This document shows positions 16,579 through 22,465 of a DNA stretch of 32,000 bases, piece after piece. How positions within the stretch are numbered: the stretch's first letter is position 1; each line of letters begins with the position of its first letter. The notes under the pieces were generated by a model, which ran no database searches, was not told the origin of the DNA, and was given only the letters and a program-made list of their open reading frames with translations. The position numbers were made by a program, and so were the translations under genes. The stretch lies in the NCBI GenBank assembly GCA_015232315.1, contig JADFZZ010000032.1, positions 796 through 32,795 of the forward strand, given 5' to 3'. Source of the stretch: SAR324 cluster bacterium. GTDB lineage: Bacteria > SAR324 > NAC60-12.

Positions 16579-17855
16579 CCATGAGACTGAAACGATTTGG
16601 ACTGACATTGTTATGTTTGGGACTGACCGGAATGTTTTTCGGAACATTTTACGCGGCAGAACCGGAATCCTCTGCTGTAACCGCAGAAATGCCTAGCAGA
16701 CCTTCCATTTTGCCTGATTCCGCTATGGATATTCCGGCGGAAATGCCAGTTGTGCCAGAAGCACCCGCGACGACTGCGGTGCCTGTTACATCAACCGCGC
16801 CCTCAAAGGCCGCGGACTCTACTGTTGTGCCCCCTGCGCCCGTAAAAGCAGGCAATGCTTCTGCTCCAACGATGCCAGTGCAGGAACAGCCAAGACGGCC
16901 CGAACCACGAAACACCAACGAAATTATTTCCGCGCCCTTTGAACAATTGAAAAAACTGTATGGCAAACCTGAGGGGACAACCCTGGAACAACCAGCAGAA
17001 GTGGACCAGAAACCAAAACAACCTGAAGTTGTTGAAACCAAAACGAAGTCACCGATTGAAGAAATGGATTTGCCTTCGCTTTCAGAGCAACAGGAAACGG
17101 AACGGAATCTTGAGTTCAAACTGGAAACAGCCCTGAAAGAATTATTGCTGGACAAATATGTTCAGGTCAAAGTGATTGTCCATTATCTCGTCAATACTGT
17201 TCCAATCACTGAAAGCAACAAGCAAATATCACAAATGCGGCTTCCGGGATTTAAAAATCAGGTGTGGGTGCCGATTGATCAGAAAAAAGTAACAGGCCTG
17301 GTGCATCGGTTGACACGTTACAACAGTATTTTTGTGGTGGTCAATCAGCCGGTATCACCGTTTGATCTGGAAGTCCTGCGACAAAAACTGAATGCAAAAA
17401 TCGCTGAAATTGATCTGGAAACCAATGATTTTCTTAAAGTCGCTTATGTTCCACTGGCAGAAATGCCAGGAACTGAAAAGCCAATGGCATCCCAACCGGA
17501 AACTCAGTCAGAGGCCACTGATCAGGTTGAAAAAATGCCTGAACCTGAAATAACGCCAGAACCGCCCAAACTTGTTTCAGCCAATGAACAACGCGATGTC
17601 GAAGTAAAATCAGCCAAGCAATTGCTCGAAGCACGCACCGCGTTTTTCAGGAATGACCTGAAAGAAGCGTTGGATAAAATCAATAAAGCCATTGAAATGA
17701 ATCCTGACTCCGCACAGGGCTATGCCATGCTGGGGTCGGTGTATTATCGCCTGAAATGGTATGGACAGGCAAAAAAACACTGGAAAAAATCTCTGGAACT
17801 GGAGCCTGACAATCCTTTGATTGCTCAGTATCTCGAACGATTGGAGAACGAATGA
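16575..17855 (+). CDS. Secreted or membrane-anchored protein with Pro-rich linker, collar-like domain and C-terminal TPR-like repeats
   Basis: N-terminal hydrophobic segment LTLLCLGLTGMFFGTFYAAEP; long P/A/E-rich linker; YVQVKVIVHYLVNT...MRLPGFKNQ...SIFVVVNQPVSPFDLEVLRQKLNAKIAEID; TPR SAQGYAMLGSVYYRLKWYGQAKKHWKKSLELEPDNPLIAQYLERLE. Start overlaps the upstream stop (ATGA). Confidence 0.6.
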   Translation: MTMRLKRFGLTLLCLGLTGMFFGTFYAAEPESSAVTAEMPSRPSILPDSAMDIPAEMPVVPEAPATTAVPVTSTAPSKAADSTVVPPAPVKAGNASAPTMPVQEQPRRPEPRNTNEIISAPFEQLKKLYGKPEGTTLEQPAEVDQKPKQPEVVETKTKSPIEEMDLPSLSEQQETERNLEFKLETALKELLLDKYVQVKVIVHYLVNTVPITESNKQISQMRLPGFKNQVWVPIDQKKVTGLVHRLTRYNSIFVVVNQPVSPFDLEVLRQKLNAKIAEIDLETNDFLKVAYVPLAEMPGTEKPMASQPETQSEATDQVEKMPEPEITPEPPKLVSANEQRDVEVKSAKQLLEARTAFFRNDLKEALDKINKAIEMNPDSAQGYAMLGSVYYRLKWYGQAKKHWKKSLELEPDNPLIAQYLERLENE

Positions 17856-19744
17856 TGGCACGCTATCTTAAAACAGGTTGGATCTGTCTGTTGCTGAGCC
17901 TATGCGTTTCAGGGCATGTATGGGCTGAAGAACGCATCACATCCCTGCCTGCGAAACAGTATGAAATTGAATCGGCCATTCACAACAGCCTGCGGCATTA
18001 TATGGAACCACAGGACTATGTGATCAAAGTCTGGCTGAAGGGAAAGAAAAAAACCATTGAGACCTTCCCTTTCAAAAATTTCAGTTCATCAACGGATGAA
18101 GTCCTGCCCGGATTCGGTACACCGCCCTCGCCTGTAACCAACGAAGACCCTGTCGCCGTTGAAGGCGAAACTTACTGGGTTGTGGAACAGATGCGTGTGG
18201 ATTTGATTCTTTACAAAGAAATATCTCCATCGCTGGCCACCTATATCACAGAGATCATTCCCGTCTTAAGCGGAATGAATTCTCAACGTGGCGATGTATT
18301 CAATTTTATGCCGATCAAACCCAAACCACTTGAAAGCGACAGTCCCAGACCGTTGAATCCTGATGGCAGTGCCATGGATGGTGCGTCGTCATCTTCAGAT
18401 CAGGCTGTCGCCACACCTGAACCGGAACCAACCCTTGAACAAATGCTGATTCCGCAAACACCAATGGAATGGCTACAGGCAGGGGTGAGTTTGCTGTTAT
18501 TGCTCCTGATCCTCTTTATTTTCTGGAGAATCATTAAATTACAGAAACAGCAGAAAGCCGCGCAGGCCGCCCAGGAAAAATCCGCTGTGGACATCCGGGA
18601 TCTGGTGCCTTCTCCGCAAAACGCCATCGCGACGATTCAACAGGCTCGTCAAGATCTGGTGCGCCGGCAGGATGAGCATGTTCAGGAAATATTGCTGGTT
18701 GAAGAAAACAACCGGCTTTTGCAGGAAATCATCAAACAACTGGTAGGACGTGAAGACTGGAAACAGCATCTGATTGAGGAAATGACACGGGATAAACAGT
18801 CCACCGAAGCCTTCACACGGTTGCTGGCCATGATGGGACCCCAGACGGCCCGCCGGCTGTTTTCCGAACAGTTGGGACATGAGGCCTATCTGGATCTGGA
18901 ACAACTGGCCCGGGATCTTTCGTTCACACCACAAGAGGCCAATTCGATTCTGAAGGATATCTGGACATTTTTATTCACTAAAAAGCTGACCTTGCCTGAA
19001 AAAGTAGCGACGGATCCTTTTGGTTATCTGTTGAAATTGTCTACCGGGCAAATCGCGTTTTTGCTCAAGGATGAACCGGTCAAAATCAAGGCACTGGTTG
19101 TCAGTCGCCTGAACAGTGAACAGGCAACAGAAGTGATCGGACATTTCCCGAAAGATGAACGGACTCAGGTCATGCTGCATCTGGGCAAGATGGAGGAACT
19201 TCCTCTCGAACTGGTGTCGCAGGTCGCTTATAATCTGGCTGACAAGGTACGAAGCCTGCCTGACAGCAATACTGTCGCGGTCAATGGAGTGAATCTCGTG
19301 ATTGATGTCCTGGGTGAGGTCGAACATGGAGTTCGGCAGGACATCATCAACGGCTTGCGGATTTCTGATCAGCGTTTGAGTGATATGGTGGAAAGCCGGT
19401 GTTTCATTTTTGAATCCATTCCGTTTGTACCCAAAGAAGTTTTGATGGAAGTGGTCCGTCGTTTACCGCTGGATGATGTCATTATTGCGATCTCCGGTGC
19501 GACAAAAGAAATCAAGGAAGCCGTCATCCTGTGTTTTCCTGAGCAAAACCGTCAGGCGATTGTATCTGCCTTGAAAGCAAAAACACCATCCCCGGATGAC
19601 ATTCGGGAAAAACGCAGGGTGTTTGCCCAATCCATGCGTGGCATGGCAGAAAACAACAGGGTCGATTTGAAAGAAATCAACACCGCGTGGGCCCAACAGC
19701 ACGATGCTGTTCCAGCCCTGAATTTTGAACAGCAGGAGTCATAG
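17852..19744 (+). CDS. Chimeric membrane protein: FliF-collar-like periplasmic domain, one TM, and FliG-like middle and C-terminal domains
   Basis: Signal peptide 1-25; MRVDLILYKEISPSLATYITEIIPVLSGMNSQRGDVFNF; TM about 208-226 (LQAGVSLLLLLLILFIFWRI); FliG-like DEPVKIKALVVSRLNSEQATEVIGHFPKDERTQVMLHLGKMEEL...LVIDVLGEVEHGVRQDIINGLRISDQRLSDMVESRCFIFESIPFVPKEVLMEVVRRLPLDDVIIAISGATKEIKEAVILCFPEQNRQAIVSAL. ATGA overlap with the upstream gene. Confidence 0.75.
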   Translation: MMARYLKTGWICLLLSLCVSGHVWAEERITSLPAKQYEIESAIHNSLRHYMEPQDYVIKVWLKGKKKTIETFPFKNFSSSTDEVLPGFGTPPSPVTNEDPVAVEGETYWVVEQMRVDLILYKEISPSLATYITEIIPVLSGMNSQRGDVFNFMPIKPKPLESDSPRPLNPDGSAMDGASSSSDQAVATPEPEPTLEQMLIPQTPMEWLQAGVSLLLLLLILFIFWRIIKLQKQQKAAQAAQEKSAVDIRDLVPSPQNAIATIQQARQDLVRRQDEHVQEILLVEENNRLLQEIIKQLVGREDWKQHLIEEMTRDKQSTEAFTRLLAMMGPQTARRLFSEQLGHEAYLDLEQLARDLSFTPQEANSILKDIWTFLFTKKLTLPEKVATDPFGYLLKLSTGQIAFLLKDEPVKIKALVVSRLNSEQATEVIGHFPKDERTQVMLHLGKMEELPLELVSQVAYNLADKVRSLPDSNTVAVNGVNLVIDVLGEVEHGVRQDIINGLRISDQRLSDMVESRCFIFESIPFVPKEVLMEVVRRLPLDDVIIAISGATKEIKEAVILCFPEQNRQAIVSALKAKTPSPDDIREKRRVFAQSMRGMAENNRVDLKEINTAWAQQHDAVPALNFEQQES

Positions 19745-19765
19745 AATTTTTTATAGGTCTGAGTT

Positions 19766-20725
19766 ATGAAAGACACCATTGGCACACTTCTGGGCTTTTT
19801 AATTGGTATTTCCCTCGTCTTGTTTGGAATCACCTGGCCTGATCATTTGTCCAACTATTACATGTATCAGTTGCGCGAATATGAAATGGCCACAAAGCAG
19901 ATGAAAAAAGACGGGGTGCCTCGCAACCAGATTCAGGAACTTGAACAGAAATTCTCAGAGTTTCAGGATTCATGGATCGGAACCATGTCCCGCTTTATTG
20001 ATCTCAAATCGTTTTTGATTGTGATGGGCGGCGCCTATTCCGCGATGATGGTCGCGTTTCCGTTTGACAAGGCGATGGGGGCTTTTGTGTTCATTGTCAG
20101 GGTGTTTGCGTCATCCGTGAAGAAGGAAGAATTTCTGGATGTGTATCACACCGTTCTCAAACTGGCTGAAAAACGAGTGAACAATGCCATCCTCACCGAT
20201 GAGGATATCAATGCTATTCATTCAGTGGATCTAAAACGTTGGGTTCAGGATTTCATTGTGGTCGATATCGTTGAAGAAAACATGATTGAGGAAATTGTTC
20301 GATCGGAAATTGAAATGTACAATTATCGTTCTTTTGAAGAAATTGATGTCCTCAATTTTCTTGGTGCCGCGTCTCCCGCTTTTGGAATGCTCGGTACCGT
20401 GGTTGGTCTGATTCTGATGCTGGGAAATACGGGTGGTGATGTAGCCGGTGTGATGGGGGGAATGTCCATTGCGTTGATCACGACATTGTATGGAGTGTTT
20501 CTGGCCCAGATCATGTTTTTGCCGATAGCATCCAAACGCTATCAAATGAAAGAGTCGCACATCATGTTGCTGGAAATGATCAGAGAAGGTCTGCTCTATC
20601 TCAAACGGCGTGAAATTCCTGATACGATCTCCCAGGATTTAATCATTTATCTGCCTCTCAAAATGCGTCAGAAAATCACTGAAGAAAAAATGGCGGCGAT
20701 GCGTGAGGGTAATTTGGGATTGTGA
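19766..20725 (+). CDS. MotA/ExbB-family proton-channel (stator) subunit, divergent MotA
   Basis: FIDLKSFLIVMGGAYSAMMVAFP; FLGAASPAFGMLGTVVGLILML...MSIALITTLYGVFLAQIMFLPIASK, matching MotA TM2-TM4; 319 aa. Confidence 0.9.
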   Translation: MKDTIGTLLGFLIGISLVLFGITWPDHLSNYYMYQLREYEMATKQMKKDGVPRNQIQELEQKFSEFQDSWIGTMSRFIDLKSFLIVMGGAYSAMMVAFPFDKAMGAFVFIVRVFASSVKKEEFLDVYHTVLKLAEKRVNNAILTDEDINAIHSVDLKRWVQDFIVVDIVEENMIEEIVRSEIEMYNYRSFEEIDVLNFLGAASPAFGMLGTVVGLILMLGNTGGDVAGVMGGMSIALITTLYGVFLAQIMFLPIASKRYQMKESHIMLLEMIREGLLYLKRREIPDTISQDLIIYLPLKMRQKITEEKMAAMREGNLGL

Positions 20726-20728
20726 TCT

Positions 20729-21376
20729 ATGGCCAATCGAAAAGACGCATCAACCGAAACCCCTGCATGGGTGGTTTCTTTTGCCGATCTGATGAGCTTG
20801 CTGTTCAGCTTTTTTGTGCTGCTCACCACACTTTCCACTCAGCCGAAAAATTGCGAGGGCATCCGTGAATATATGGAAAACAACAAGGCGTTTTTTAAAA
20901 ACTATGAACTTCGATCCACTAAACTGAGTTGCATTGTTTCCTTACCTCAAGATTATCTGTTCAAATCAGGACAAGGCAAAATCCAGCCTTCGGCCTTCAA
21001 AGCGCTCACTCCATTTTTTGAGAAAATCCGCGATCTGCCGGAACATCGTGAAGATCTGTTGATTGTGGAAGGTCACACCGACAATGTGCCCATCCATACC
21101 CGTGAATTTCCCAGCAATTGGGAACTCAGCTCGGCCAGAGCCACCAATATTTCCGTATTCATGATGGAAAAACTCAAATTTGCCCGCGAACGACTGTCCG
21201 TTTCGGCCTATGCGGATTCGCGTCCCAAAACCCCCTATGTAGACACTTACGGCAAACCATTAACCGGCAAGGACCTCCAGAATGCTCGACAAACCAACCG
21301 TCGAGTTGAAATCATTCTGACAACACCCCCCAAATCCCTTGAGGAAACCACCATGCTGTTTGATGGTCGGGAATAA
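20729..21376 (+). CDS. MotB-like stator subunit with OmpA/peptidoglycan-binding domain
   Basis: WVVSFADLMSLLFSFFVLL (conserved Asp TM); LFKSGQGKIQPSAFKAL...LLIVEGHTDNVPIHTREFPSNWELSSARATN; 215 aa, 3 nt after the MotA-like stop. Confidence 0.92.
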   Translation: MANRKDASTETPAWVVSFADLMSLLFSFFVLLTTLSTQPKNCEGIREYMENNKAFFKNYELRSTKLSCIVSLPQDYLFKSGQGKIQPSAFKALTPFFEKIRDLPEHREDLLIVEGHTDNVPIHTREFPSNWELSSARATNISVFMMEKLKFARERLSVSAYADSRPKTPYVDTYGKPLTGKDLQNARQTNRRVEIILTTPPKSLEETTMLFDGRE

Positions 21377-21842
21377 GGCCCTCATCTGACCTCATCAATA
21401 CTGTGTGAATTATTTTTTCACGATAATGAGGCCATATTATGCAATATTAACTCATGTGATGCAATAAACTTTTTTAAATAAAAAATATGAGTTTTCTCAT
21501 CACAACGCCGCTAACGCAGAGGGCCAATGGCTGACAGTTCGCACTCTGAATCATTTCGGATTGAGGAAACAAAAAACTTTGATTTCAGCCGGATATATTG
21601 TCAGTTACCACAAAGTGCTGTCCATTGAAAACAAGCCTGGCAGGCGTAAAGAGCATTCAAAAAAAACTCCTTGACGAAGGGCTAGTGAATACGCTACATG
21701 CATATCTAATATCTAACAAAGGCCAGGGGAGGATCTTTGTTTACAACGATTTCCCAAATCGGGGGGGATTAACCAGCCCCCTGTAAACATTGGCAATTGT
21801 GAGATATTGTTTATTTTTTTAACTAATCTCTTTGGAGGAAGT

Positions 21843-22427
21843 ATGAAAATGTTCAAACAATGGAAAAAAAGATGGGCTGGATTCAGTCTTGTAGAAATTG
21901 TAATCGCCATCGCGGTCATCGGGATCATGTCTGCGGCGTCAGTGCCCCTGATCAAAAGCACACTCGATAAATCAAAAAATTCCCGCGCAAAAAGCGAACT
22001 GGAAGAAATACGAAATGCGTCTGTGTCATTTTATGGCGATACCTTTCAGGTTCCCGGTAATATTGGATGTACCAAGACAGCCACAACCCATCTGCTGACA
22101 GATACAGCAGCGGCAAAAATTGACATGTCCAAAGCAGGGACTGTGACATCTGATGATCTGGATGCGCATTTCAATACGAACTGTACAGGTGCCAATGCCG
22201 GTAAATATACAGACAATAGCTTGGGTGGCGCCTGGAGAGGCCCATACATGGAAGCTGATCGCTATGATCCATGGCAAAAATCTTATGTATTGGTCACAAA
22301 TACATTTGGAACTACTGATACCGCATCCGGTTATGCTCTTTCCGGTGGAACCGATGAGCAGGTCAACACTGCCAAGGCTACAGCCGCAAGTACCAGTGAT
22401 GTATATATCAAAGTCAGTCTGAAATAA
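21843..22427 (+). CDS. Type IV pilin / type II secretion pseudopilin (GspG-like)
   Basis: Class III signal MKMFKQWKKRWAG|FSLVEIVIAIAVIGIMSAASVPLIKSTLDKSK, with GGAGG Shine-Dalgarno and ATG at 21843. Confidence 0.88.
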   Translation: MKMFKQWKKRWAGFSLVEIVIAIAVIGIMSAASVPLIKSTLDKSKNSRAKSELEEIRNASVSFYGDTFQVPGNIGCTKTATTHLLTDTAAAKIDMSKAGTVTSDDLDAHFNTNCTGANAGKYTDNSLGGAWRGPYMEADRYDPWQKSYVLVTNTFGTTDTASGYALSGGTDEQVNTAKATAASTSDVYIKVSLK

Positions 22428-22440
22428 TTTTTCCTCATAA

Positions 22441-22465
22441 GGCGGGTCACTCCCGCCTTTCTTTT
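22441..22465 (+). terminator. Rho-independent terminator after the pseudopilin gene
   Basis: GGCGGG-TCACT-CCCGCC followed by TTTCTTTT. Confidence 0.8.

Noticed and set aside
19766-21376. MotA/MotB-like pair as a Zorya anti-phage system (ZorAB)
   Set aside because: The MotA-like protein lacks the long C-terminal cytoplasmic tail of ZorA. No ZorC/ZorD/ZorE-like gene is adjacent, and the upstream partner is FliG-like.
21528-21543. TGGCTGACAGTTCGCA as a sigma-54 promoter for the pseudopilin
   Set aside because: Has GG-N10-GC spacing but poor matches elsewhere and sits 300 nt upstream of the gene; could be chance.
21377-21842. c-di-GMP-I (GEMM) riboswitch before the pseudopilin
   Set aside because: No recognisable GEMM conserved core or tetraloop/receptor could be read.
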